This document shows positions 26,929 to 35,469 of a DNA stretch of 64,000 nucleotides, piece by piece. The notes below the pieces were generated by a model, which worked only from the letters and a program-made list of their open reading frames with translations, was not told the DNA's origin and did no database searches. How positions within the stretch are numbered: the first letter of the stretch is position 1; every line of letters begins with the position of its first letter. This DNA comes from Minisyncoccota bacterium. Its GTDB lineage: Bacteria > Patescibacteriota > Minisyncoccia > UBA6257 > GWB1-50-10. Position numbers and translations under genes: made by a program. The stretch covers positions 16,366 through 80,365 of the forward strand of contig JBAZZD010000001.1 in NCBI GenBank assembly GCA_041659005.1. Direction: 5' to 3'.

Positions 26929-28512
26929 ATGAACCAGGAAGTACAACCAAAACTCAAGTACTTCCTCTACGCTCGAAAATCTTCAGAACAAGAAGACAGA
27001 CAGGTCCTTTCGATTGACTCGCAAAAGAGCGAATTGGAAGCACTCGCAAAACGGGAAAAGCTTCAGATTGTGGAGCGTCTCGAAGAATCCTATTCAGCCA
27101 AAGCACCAGGCCGGGAGATCTTTAACGCGATGATAAAACGAATAGAGAAAGGTGAAGCGGAGGGCATTGTTGCGTGGCATCCGAACCGGCTCTCACGTAA
27201 TTCCGTGGACACCGGCTACCTGGTCTACCTTATGGACCAGAATAAACTCCTCGAAATCCGAACACCCGGACAGGCATTTAAGAATTCGCCAAATGATAAA
27301 TTTTTACTAAACCTCCTGTGCAGCCAAGCCAAACTCGAAAACGACAACAAGGGCGTGGACGTAAAACGTGGACTCAGGCGCAAAGTAGAGATGGGCTGGC
27401 ATCCGGGCGTTGCTCCAATCGGCTATATGAATACGCCGGACAAAATGAAAGGTTTTAAGACGATCCGCAAAGACCCGAAGATGTTTCCGATAATCCGGAA
27501 AATGTTCGATATGATTTTGAGCGGTACATACACCGCGCCACGTGTCCATGAAATTGCCGTCAATCAATGGGGCTTAAAGAAACTCGCCCGAAGCGGTTTC
27601 TACCGCGTGCTTTACAATTCCTTTTACTACAGTTGGTTTGAGTGGCCGGCCGGATCGGGCAACTGGCACAAGGGCAAGCACGAACCGATGATCACGCGCG
27701 ATGAATATGACCGCGTTCAGGCACTCCTTGGCCGTGGCAGCAAGCCAAAACCAGAAGCACATTCATTCGCATATACCGGAATGATCCGATGTGGTGAATG
27801 CGGATGCATGGTAACGGCCGAGAATAAAATAAAGAAAAATAAGAACGGCAATGTCCACCACTACACTTATTACCACTGCACGAAACGCAAAGGTCCATGC
27901 GCTCAGAAATGCATAGAAGTGAAAGAAATGGAAAAGCAGATTACCGGCACGCTTGCTAAAGTCCGGCCACCGGAAGAATTCCACGGCTGGGCAATGAAGT
28001 GGCTGCAGAACGAGAACGGTCGCGAAGCGGCCGACCGCAATGCGATCCTCTCTAATCAGCAGAAAAATTACGAAGCATGTGTGCGGAAACTGGACGCGCT
28101 TATAGATATGCGTGCAGCTGGGGAAATTAGTGAAGAAGAATTTGCACGAAAAAAATCAACGATCAATCAGGAGAAAGCAAAACTGCATGAGCTTTTGAAT
28201 GATACTGACGCGCGGGTGGACAGCTGGCTGCAGACGGCCGATAACGTGATCAAGTTCGCAACAGACGCCAAAGAAGCATTTACGGAACGGGGCCAGCACG
28301 CGAGAAAAGTCATTTTATCCGCCTTAGGTTCGAACCTCCTCCTAAAGGACAAAAACATAAGCATTGACACGGATTCTGCGCTTCTGCCGATGATTCTCGT
28401 CTCAAATTCGTCCGCAAAAAATTCTGGCACGTTCGAACCTCCGAATGAAGGCTCTAATAAAGAGAAAAGCCACGCTTTTGACGTGGCAAATCCCATGTGG
28501 CTCCCCGGGTAG
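26929..28512 (+). CDS. Large serine recombinase (phage-integrase type)
   Basis: Resolvase N-terminal domain YARKSSEQEDRQVLSIDSQ with catalytic Ser. Recombinase domain. C-terminal zinc ribbon CGECGCMV..YYHCTKRKGPCAQKC. Last ~14 nt overlap tRNA-Asn. Confidence 0.85.
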   Translation: MNQEVQPKLKYFLYARKSSEQEDRQVLSIDSQKSELEALAKREKLQIVERLEESYSAKAPGREIFNAMIKRIEKGEAEGIVAWHPNRLSRNSVDTGYLVYLMDQNKLLEIRTPGQAFKNSPNDKFLLNLLCSQAKLENDNKGVDVKRGLRRKVEMGWHPGVAPIGYMNTPDKMKGFKTIRKDPKMFPIIRKMFDMILSGTYTAPRVHEIAVNQWGLKKLARSGFYRVLYNSFYYSWFEWPAGSGNWHKGKHEPMITRDEYDRVQALLGRGSKPKPEAHSFAYTGMIRCGECGCMVTAENKIKKNKNGNVHHYTYYHCTKRKGPCAQKCIEVKEMEKQITGTLAKVRPPEEFHGWAMKWLQNENGREAADRNAILSNQQKNYEACVRKLDALIDMRAAGEISEEEFARKKSTINQEKAKLHELLNDTDARVDSWLQTADNVIKFATDAKEAFTERGQHARKVILSALGSNLLLKDKNISIDTDSALLPMILVSNSSAKNSGTFEPPNEGSNKEKSHAFDVANPMWLPG

Positions 28513-28572
28513 GACTCGAACCTACAACCATCGCGTTAACAGCGCGCCGCTCAACCATTGAGCTACCGGGGA
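28498..28572 (-). tRNA. tRNA-Asn (GTT)
   Basis: Hand-folded cloverleaf. Acceptor TCCCCGG/CCGGGGA. D-arm GCTC-AATGGTT-GAGC. Anticodon loop CTGTTAA. T-arm GTAGG-TTCGAGT-CCTAC. Encoded CCA. Confidence 0.8.
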
Positions 28573-28642
28573 ATATTGTTTCCTATAAGGAACATAAGCA
28601 ATTGTAACAAAAAAGCGCCCAATGTAAAGTTCATTGTGACGC

Positions 28643-29023
28643 TTAAAAAACTCTTATAATCTCTAAAATTTGACCCTTTACCGATTCCTTCATATCCTCC
28701 TCTTCTTCGGAAACTACAACTATCGGAATTAATGGATGACTCTTCCTATGCCCCTCAACTAGATGGAGCCCAGTAACCTGAATGGGAATGACAACTCTCT
28801 CTAATCGCATAACTACGATATAAAAATCAATTCCGTCTATAATGTCTGCATATCCAAATTTCGGAGTCTTTATAAACTCAAGTATTTGCTTTTCTTTTTT
28901 CATCTTTGCGAGAACATCGAAAACTAAACCCTCTCGCCTATCACCTCGTTCTGCTGATCCTGGAAGATCATTCATCGATCGTTTCAGTATTCGCTCACGG
29001 AGCGACTCAAAACTGGAATCCAT
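28643..29023 (-). CDS. Hypothetical protein
   Basis: 126-aa ORF between two tRNA loci. No family recognised. Confidence 0.4.
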   Translation of the reverse strand: MDSSFESLRERILKRSMNDLPGSAERGDRREGLVFDVLAKMKKEKQILEFIKTPKFGYADIIDGIDFYIVVMRLERVVIPIQVTGLHLVEGHRKSHPLIPIVVVSEEEEDMKESVKGQILEIIRVF

Positions 29024-29209
29024 ATAGTCGCCTCAAATTTGTTAGTATGTTTAAGAACCTGTTTAGTATGCACCAAAACAAGAAAAAAATGCAACATTGA
29101 AAAAAAACGCGATCTTTTGTATAGTAAACTTCATACTTAAGAAAACTGATAATCATGAAGCCCCTATAGCTCAGTTGGTAGATCCGCCGTGGCGGACTCT
29201 TAAGCAAAT

Positions 29210-29464
29210 ATGTTCTTCGTCTATTTAATAAAAAGTAAAACATCAGGAAAAATATATATTGGACAAACGATAAATCTTGAAAAAAGATTAATGCGGCACA
29301 ATGGAATACTTCCAACAAAAAATTCATCATTCACTAATAAACAAGGGGAAAATTGGGAGGTACTATATACAGAACAATTTAAAACAAGAACAGAAGCAAA
29401 AAAGAGAGAAAGAGAATTAAAATCAGGAAAAGGTAGAGAATTTCTTAAAAATCTAATACAGTAG
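29210..29464 (+). CDS. Small GIY-YIG (URI/YhbQ-like) nuclease, copy 1
   Basis: 84 aa. FFVYLIKSKTSGKIYIGQTINLEKRLMRHN is the GIY-YIG core. Confidence 0.6.
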   Translation: MFFVYLIKSKTSGKIYIGQTINLEKRLMRHNGILPTKNSSFTNKQGENWEVLYTEQFKTRTEAKKRERELKSGKGREFLKNLIQ

Positions 29465-29520
29465 TAATAAGCCCCTATAGCTCAGTTGGTAGATCCGCCG
29501 TGGCGGACTCTTAAGCAAAT

Positions 29521-29775
29521 ATGTTCTTCGTCTATTTAATAAAAAGTAAAACATCAGGAAAAATATATATTGGACAAACGATAAATCTTGAAAAAAGATT
29601 AATGCGGCACAATGGAATACTTCCAACAAAAAATTCATCATTCACTAATAAACAAGGGGAAAATTGGGAGGTACTATATACAGAACAATTTAAAACAAGA
29701 ACAGAAGCAAAAAAGAGAGAAAGAGAATTAAAATCAGGAAAAGGTAGAGAATTTCTTAAAAATCTAATACAGTAG
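29521..29775 (+). CDS. Small GIY-YIG (URI/YhbQ-like) nuclease, copy 2 (identical)
   Basis: Identical translation to 29210..29464. Confidence 0.6.
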   Translation: MFFVYLIKSKTSGKIYIGQTINLEKRLMRHNGILPTKNSSFTNKQGENWEVLYTEQFKTRTEAKKRERELKSGKGREFLKNLIQ

Positions 29776-29781
29776 TAATAA

Positions 29782-29854
29782 GCCCCTATAGCTCAGTTGG
29801 TAGAGCAGTTGCCTCTTAAGCAAACGGTCCTAGGTTCAAATCCTAGTGGGGGCA
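29782..29854 (+). tRNA. tRNA-Lys (CTT)
   Basis: Cloverleaf. GCCCCTA acceptor. D-arm GCTC-AGTTGGTA-GAGC. Anticodon loop CTCTTAA. T-arm CTAGG-TTCAAAT-CCTAG. 3' acceptor TGGGGGC+A. CCA not encoded. Confidence 0.8.
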
Positions 29855-29860
29855 CAAATT

Positions 29861-29890
29861 AAAAAATCCAAATTTGTTTGGGTTTTTTAA
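29861..29890 (+). terminator. Weak intrinsic terminator after tRNA-Lys
   Basis: AAAAAATCCAAAtttgTTTGGGTTTTTT. Confidence 0.4.
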
Positions 29891-29994
29891 TTTCTACTAG
29901 AATTTGAACAAAAGAGGGGTCGGGAGAACATTTCGGTCTCCCGCGTAGGAAATAGCCCGAAGGGCGTTTAGAAACCGAAGGTTTCTAAGGAGCG

Positions 29995-30024
29995 GAGCGA
30001 CGTTCAATTCCCTAGTGGGGGCAC
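29995..30024 (+). other. Diverged partial tRNA-Lys 3' fragment (T-loop + 3' acceptor strand) at the end of a structured ~130-nt segment
   Basis: GTTCAATTCCCTAGTGGGGGCACAA compared with the intact GGTTCAAATCCTAGTGGGGGCACAA. Preceded by three GAA-loop hairpins (GGGAGA..TCTCCC, GCCCgaaGGGC, TTAGAAACCgaaGGTTTCTAA). Confidence 0.5.
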
Positions 30025-30126
30025 AAATACCAAATTCCTACAGAGATGTCAGAATTTGAATTTTTAATTATTAATTTCTAATTTTTAAATAATAAGAATT
30101 CGAACACTTTCAGTCTACCTAATAAA

Positions 30127-30154
30127 ATCCCCCAAATACGGGGGTTATTTTTTA
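30127..30154. terminator. Bidirectional rho-independent terminator
   Basis: CCCCCaaatacGGGGG followed by TTATTTTTTA. Confidence 0.55.
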
Positions 30155-30390
30155 TCTTCATTTTTTTCTGAACGTTTTAAGCGTCCTTCAAGGATATATT
30201 TTTCTCCAAATACTTTAGCTCCTCCATGTGTGACATAATGTTCTGCGGCTTCTTCTCTGGTAGGTGTACGTCCCAATTTTTGAGACGCGTAATACATATT
30301 GTCCGCGCCAAGTATTTCTTTTTTCTCAAGTTCGAGATATTCAGCAAGAGATAATACTAATTTCCCTGTTTCAGGATCTGTTCTTGCCAT
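30145..30390 (-). CDS. Hypothetical small protein
   Basis: 81-aa ORF. No family recognised. Confidence 0.35.
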   Translation of the reverse strand: MARTDPETGKLVLSLAEYLELEKKEILGADNMYYASQKLGRTPTREEAAEHYVTHGGAKVFGEKYILEGRLKRSEKNEDKK

Positions 30391-30468
30391 TACAACTCCA
30401 AATTGTTAATAGTGCTAAAAATGATACTACTCAATACAGAAAAAATCAAAAAATGATAAATTTCAGAA

Positions 30469-31392
30469 TTATCGATCAAAGATAGAAATGAGATATGCAT
30501 CAACCTCGCGTTGAGTGAGATCGTAAAAATTTTTATTTTCGTCGTGAAGTTTTTTCGCAAGTGCCACCCCTACAAATCGCCAATGCCATGGCTCATATTG
30601 ATAATATGCATTTCCCTTTGGATACGAAAGAATAAACCCATATCGATATGCATTTTCTACAAGCCATTTATATTCAGGTTTACTTTCAAAATCTTTTACT
30701 AATTTTTTTATTATCGGAGTTGTAAAATCAACGGTCGTACCAAGTTGATGTTCTGAATATCCTTGATCAGCAGAAAATTGATTCGCACCAGAACCATAGA
30801 GTACTTTATATCCAGTCTTTACAGATATTTGATCGTCAAACGAACGGTATGCTGAAACAATCTTTAGATTTACTCCAGCATTTTTGGCATCGGACATCAT
30901 CACCGAGAGAAAAGGAATTACGTCCCCGTGAAAATACAACTCCCCTTCTGTATTAAGAAGATACTGTCCATCTATTCTCGAAAGTTTTGAAGGAATATAA
31001 TTCTCGCTCAAAAAATAAATTTTAGAATATTTCTTTAGAAGTTCCTTATCGGTTTGGCTTAGTTTTTGTAATGTCCCCACCACTCCTGATATGCTCCGGA
31101 TCTGAGATTCAAACATTGTATTTTTTGCCTGTTCCGTCTGAAGATTATTTGAAAGATTTGAATTAGTAGTCTTCTCGCTATTAAGTAAGTCGGTTAAATC
31201 AATATTCTCAACTTTAGCACGCAAAAAAAGTTCTTTTATATGAACCAGTGATCGCTCAGACAATGAGATTTCGCTCATTAATGATTTATTCTTTTCTATT
31301 GAATCAAAATAAAAAAATGCTCCATAGGCAAATCCACTAATAGTCAAAAGCATGACAAAGATAAAAATAACTCTTTTTATGTTAATTCCCAT
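30469..31392 (-). CDS. M15-family D-alanyl-D-alanine carboxypeptidase (VanY/LdcB-like) with TM anchor and coiled-coil
   Basis: SAYRSFDDQ. SEHQLGTTVDF (H-x6-D zinc site). EPWHWRF motif. Confidence 0.75.
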   Translation of the reverse strand: MGINIKRVIFIFVMLLTISGFAYGAFFYFDSIEKNKSLMSEISLSERSLVHIKELFLRAKVENIDLTDLLNSEKTTNSNLSNNLQTEQAKNTMFESQIRSISGVVGTLQKLSQTDKELLKKYSKIYFLSENYIPSKLSRIDGQYLLNTEGELYFHGDVIPFLSVMMSDAKNAGVNLKIVSAYRSFDDQISVKTGYKVLYGSGANQFSADQGYSEHQLGTTVDFTTPIIKKLVKDFESKPEYKWLVENAYRYGFILSYPKGNAYYQYEPWHWRFVGVALAKKLHDENKNFYDLTQREVDAYLISIFDR

Positions 31393-31434
31393 ATATCAAG
31401 ATTCTACCACAATAATTTGAAGTGAAGTTTTTAA

Positions 31435-32535
31435 TTATTTCAAAATTTCCCAAAGTTTTGGATCGCTTTCCCCATCAATACGAAATATCATAATCCCTCT
31501 AAGTCCATATTTCTTTGCAAGTTTTATTTTGTCTTGAATTGCATATGCATCAGAAAATGAAATAAATCGCAAAGAACTTGTAGTGTTGCCGAGTGTTGAA
31601 GATGCATATGTTAATCCAAATTCGCCGGCGCTGTTCCTCGCTCCATTTTTATTAGTGCGCGTGAGAATCTCTGATACATCATTGTAGGTGACACTCCGCA
31701 ATTTTTCATATTTTACAGTACTTGATGATTCAGTTGTTGAAAGTGCATACTCATATCCAAAATTTGCAACACCAAGTATTAGTTTTTCTTTTTTAATAGA
31801 TTTAAGTGTCTCTTTTATCACCTTCTCAGTCCATTCTTTGTCCGCCACTGGCATATAATAGTTCCCTTTTATCTGTTTCTTCTTATTTAAGAGTAAATCA
31901 ATAGATCCTTGTCCGTATGCCATAATACGCACTTCATCGCATACTTTTCCTAATTCCTTAAAATCATTTGCATATTCAAGATCTTTTGGAATTTTTACAA
32001 AACGGGAGGACACGGGAGTTCTCGCCTCAATAGTACATGAAAGCATCTTTTTTCTTTTTGTTAATTCTTTCTTTAATTCAGTTAAAAATTTAGTAAAATA
32101 TACTCGCGTATCTGCAAATTTATTTTCATAATCAATATCAACACCATCAAAATCATTTTGATCAATAAGTGTAATTATATTTTTTATATGTATACTACGG
32201 AGCGTTGAAGAAGAAAGTATTGTATGTATCTCATTGCCTTTCATCCATGAGATCGTGGGAATAATTGTTTTTCCTTCACTTCCCGCAAGCTCAAGTAACT
32301 GAAGCCAACTCTCTTCTTGTAATTTCATTGCATCCCATATTTTTCCATTTTTTTGAACCTCATACGAAAATGGGCTAATTGTCCTTATTTTTGAAATATT
32401 TTTTGCGACTTCTGGAACTGCAGCAATTCGTTTCCAGTAAGGAATCCATACACCATAAGAAAATTTTGTTGCGCTAAGAACAAACATTGGCGCAATAAAA
32501 ACTACTATGCCTAAAAATACACACAACCGCTTCAT
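31435..32535 (-). CDS. Secreted GH18-like glycoside hydrolase
   Basis: Signal peptide. Catalytic-type motif FDGVDIDYE (DGxDxDWE-like). Confidence 0.6.
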   Translation of the reverse strand: MKRLCVFLGIVVFIAPMFVLSATKFSYGVWIPYWKRIAAVPEVAKNISKIRTISPFSYEVQKNGKIWDAMKLQEESWLQLLELAGSEGKTIIPTISWMKGNEIHTILSSSTLRSIHIKNIITLIDQNDFDGVDIDYENKFADTRVYFTKFLTELKKELTKRKKMLSCTIEARTPVSSRFVKIPKDLEYANDFKELGKVCDEVRIMAYGQGSIDLLLNKKKQIKGNYYMPVADKEWTEKVIKETLKSIKKEKLILGVANFGYEYALSTTESSSTVKYEKLRSVTYNDVSEILTRTNKNGARNSAGEFGLTYASSTLGNTTSSLRFISFSDAYAIQDKIKLAKKYGLRGIMIFRIDGESDPKLWEILK

Positions 32536-32592
32536 TGTTTTGTATCCTATATCCTTTTCTTATGATTCGCAATTAAAACCGTCCTTAAATTC

Positions 32593-35307
32593 CTATGAAC
32601 AGCCCCCCGATGAGGTGCCACACTGAAGACACGTTTGACAGGTTCCTGTACGAACCATCATTCCTCCACACTTTTTACACACCGTGTCCCCCGCTGCTTG
32701 TCCTTTACTGAACGTCGTCCTTGCTTCTGTATCTATTGGATTCTTCGCCATTACTGAAACCGATGTTTTTAACTCTTTTATTTCAATATGATTTCCGTTC
32801 TCTGCTGGTAACATACCAAATTCAGAAAGATCGTCAGCAGAAAGAAAACGAAGTGAAAGATACCTGAAAATATAATCAGCAATACTCGTTGCTATTTTTA
32901 TATTCGGATTTTCGGTAAACCCGGCCGGTTCAAATCGTGTATAAATAAATTTACGAGCAAACTCTCTAAATGGGACTCCATATTGAAGTGCCATGGAGAC
33001 CGAAATTGCAAATGTATCTAAAAGTCCAGAAAGGGTACTTCCTTGTTTTGACATCCGAATAAAAATTTCTGCAAGTGTTCCGTCTTCAAACATGCTATAG
33101 GTGAGATATCCACTATGTCCGGCAATAGAAAATTTGTGAGTTTCAGAAACTCTGGTCATCGGCAGTCTTTTCCTCAAAGGGATCTCGCTATGTTTTTGTG
33201 AATTCTTTTTTTCTGAAGTGTTAAGAGGTTGTGTTGCTTTTGATCCATCACGATACACGGCAAATGCCTTTATTCCAAGTTTCCACGCCATAAGATATGA
33301 CTCAGCAATCTCATCAACGCTTGTCTCATTTGGCATGTTAAATGTTTTTGAAATTGCCCCAGAAATAAATGGTTGAACTGCCGCAACCATTTTTACATGA
33401 CCCCTCCAAGAAATAGTACGGCTACCTTTTGCTGGACGCGCCGCACAATCAAATATCGGAAGGTGTGAATCTTTGAGATGTGGAGCTCCTTCGATTGTTG
33501 CCTCACTCGCAATCCAAGAAAGAATTTCACTTCTCTCGGTTTCATTGTATCCAAGTTTTGAGAGTGCTGGCTCAACACATGAATTTACAATCTTCATCCA
33601 TCCCCCACCAACCAACTGTTTCATTTTTACAATTGCAAAATCTGGCTCAACACCAGTGGTGTCGCAATCCATCATAAATGAAATTGTCCCTGTTGGTGCA
33701 AGAACTGTCACTTGTGCATTTCTATATCCCGATTTTTCTCCAAGTTCATACGCTTCATCCCAAACAATCTGTGCTTCCTTTCCAAGTTTCTTATCATCAA
33801 GATACATTATGTCAACATTTCGGGATGCCACTTGATGCATTTTTATTATTTGAAGCATTGCCTCACGGTTTATTTCATACGCCTCAAAGACACCCATCCG
33901 CTTTGCAATGACCGATGAGAAACGGTATGCCTCTCCAGACATGAGTGAGGTAATCGCACCCGCCCACGCACGCCCCTCTTCTGAATCATAAGGAATTCCT
34001 TTTGTCATAAGGAGAGCTCCTAAGTTTGCATATCCAAGCCCCAATTGACGCATTTTATGTGTATTTTCGCCTATTCTATCGGTAGGATAACTCGATGCAT
34101 CAATGATAATTTCTTGGGCAAGAATGAAAATATCAACTGCGTGCCGAAATTCTTTTACGGCGAATGTGCCGTCCGCACGAGTAAATTTCATTAAATTAAT
34201 TGACGCGAGATTGCACGCGGAGTTATCAACGTGCATATACTCCGAACATGGATTTGATGCGTTAATTCTTCCTGAATTCGGACATGTATGCCACTTATTA
34301 ATTGTCGTATCAAATTGCACACCTGGATCTCCACATTCCCACGCAGCTTTTGCAATTTCATTTAGTATGTCGCGTGCACGATATGTTTCAGCAACACGTT
34401 TTGAAACAATATGTTTTGTTTGCCACTCTCCATCTTTTTCTGCAGCATCCATAAATTCGTCAGAGATGCGCACCGAATTATTCGCATTCTGATATTGAAT
34501 TGAATTCCATGCGTCGTCATTTAAATCTCCCATATTAAATCCAGCGTCCATTAGTGCGTGAATTTTTTTCTCTTCTGCTGCTTTTGTACGAATGAACTCC
34601 AAAATATCTGGATGATCAATGTTTAATACAACCATTTTCGCAGCACGTCGTGTTGTTCCACCAGACTTAATCATTCCCGCAACTGAATCTGCACCACGCA
34701 TAAATGAAATTGGACCAGATGCCTGTCCACCCTTAGAAAGTGGTTCACTTTTTGAACGAAGTGAAGAAAGATTTATTCCTGCTCCAGAACCACCTTTGAA
34801 AATTAATCCTTCAGTTTTTATCCAATCAAGAATAGAACGCATATCATCTTCTACTGAAAGAATAAAACATGCGGAACATTGCGGCTTCTCTTTTGTTCCA
34901 ACATTAAACCATACAGGACTATTAAATGACCCCTTTTGATTTAATAATATATGTATCAATTCATCTTCAAAAATTTGTGCTTGTTTTATATTTGTAAAAT
35001 ATCCAAACTTCTCTCCCCATGTACGAATTGTTTTTGCAACGCGTGTTATCATCTGTTTCGCACTTTCTTCTCTATCAGATGATCCAAGTTTCCCACGAAA
35101 ATATTTTGATACAGTAATATTCACTGCGTTTGGCGACCAAAATTCTGGAAATTCAACATTTGATTGTTTAAAGGAGGCAACACTTGCATCACGAATAACC
35201 CAACGAACTTCATCAAACGGATGTATATTTTCTTTTGTAAACATCCGACGTAGCGTGATCTGACTTTTTGTTTTTACTGTTCCTTTTTCTAGTTTCCTCG
35301 TTGCCAT
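32593..35307 (-). CDS. nrdJ: Class II (adenosylcobalamin-dependent) ribonucleoside-triphosphate/diphosphate reductase
   Basis: 904 aa. Active-site region NPCSEYMHVDNSACNLASINL. C-terminal CxxC..CxxC zinc ribbon. Confidence 0.85.
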   Translation of the reverse strand: MATRKLEKGTVKTKSQITLRRMFTKENIHPFDEVRWVIRDASVASFKQSNVEFPEFWSPNAVNITVSKYFRGKLGSSDREESAKQMITRVAKTIRTWGEKFGYFTNIKQAQIFEDELIHILLNQKGSFNSPVWFNVGTKEKPQCSACFILSVEDDMRSILDWIKTEGLIFKGGSGAGINLSSLRSKSEPLSKGGQASGPISFMRGADSVAGMIKSGGTTRRAAKMVVLNIDHPDILEFIRTKAAEEKKIHALMDAGFNMGDLNDDAWNSIQYQNANNSVRISDEFMDAAEKDGEWQTKHIVSKRVAETYRARDILNEIAKAAWECGDPGVQFDTTINKWHTCPNSGRINASNPCSEYMHVDNSACNLASINLMKFTRADGTFAVKEFRHAVDIFILAQEIIIDASSYPTDRIGENTHKMRQLGLGYANLGALLMTKGIPYDSEEGRAWAGAITSLMSGEAYRFSSVIAKRMGVFEAYEINREAMLQIIKMHQVASRNVDIMYLDDKKLGKEAQIVWDEAYELGEKSGYRNAQVTVLAPTGTISFMMDCDTTGVEPDFAIVKMKQLVGGGWMKIVNSCVEPALSKLGYNETERSEILSWIASEATIEGAPHLKDSHLPIFDCAARPAKGSRTISWRGHVKMVAAVQPFISGAISKTFNMPNETSVDEIAESYLMAWKLGIKAFAVYRDGSKATQPLNTSEKKNSQKHSEIPLRKRLPMTRVSETHKFSIAGHSGYLTYSMFEDGTLAEIFIRMSKQGSTLSGLLDTFAISVSMALQYGVPFREFARKFIYTRFEPAGFTENPNIKIATSIADYIFRYLSLRFLSADDLSEFGMLPAENGNHIEIKELKTSVSVMAKNPIDTEARTTFSKGQAAGDTVCKKCGGMMVRTGTCQTCLQCGTSSGGCS

Positions 35308-35469
35308 GCACTCACTCTACCATAGGTATAAATCTTTACTATGTTCACAACTCCATGACAATATAAAGAACTGAGCCAACTGTCCACCCCAGATACCATT
35401 TGATACATTTTTATACAAAAAACACTCACAAAAACACATTTATAGAATATTTTTGTGGCACAAAACCGT

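Larger units (their letters stand above)
29160..29781 (+). repeat. Two identical 311-bp tandem direct repeats, each = truncated tRNA-Lys 5' segment + GIY-YIG ORF
   Basis: Units start at 29160 and 29471; the intact tRNA starts at 29782 (period 311). Each unit begins GCCCCTATAGCTCAGTTGGTAGA, identical to tRNA-Lys positions 1-23. Then hairpin TCCGCCgtgGCGGA, then CTCTTAAGCAAA (tRNA positions 32-43). Confidence 0.9.

Noticed and set aside
28498-28572. Direct repeat of the tRNA-Asn 3' end marking the far boundary of the integrated element
   Set aside because: Searched 14.3-14.5 kb and 24.3-24.9 kb by eye for TGGCTCCCCGGGTAGG-like sequence and found none. Serine recombinases use very short crossover sites, so absence is uninformative.
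29160-29781. Tandem identical repeats considered as a CRISPR array
   Set aside because: Only two units of 311 bp, each containing a protein-coding ORF and tRNA-derived sequence. No short repeat-spacer periodicity and no cas genes.
33393-34939. ORFs antisense to nrdJ, ftsZ, ftsA, res and other confirmed genes
   Set aside because: Covers several such ORFs, e.g. 33473..33835, 34103..34492, 35903..36763 and 21306..21611. They fall entirely within strongly supported genes on the opposite strand and have Ser/Pro/Leu-rich junk composition.
35308-35469. Cobalamin riboswitch or NrdR box upstream of nrdJ
   Set aside because: Only about 160 nt are available. I could not find the B12-box or GGTG..AA..TCC core motifs, nor a convincing 16-bp NrdR palindrome. 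A cmscan would be needed; not claimed.
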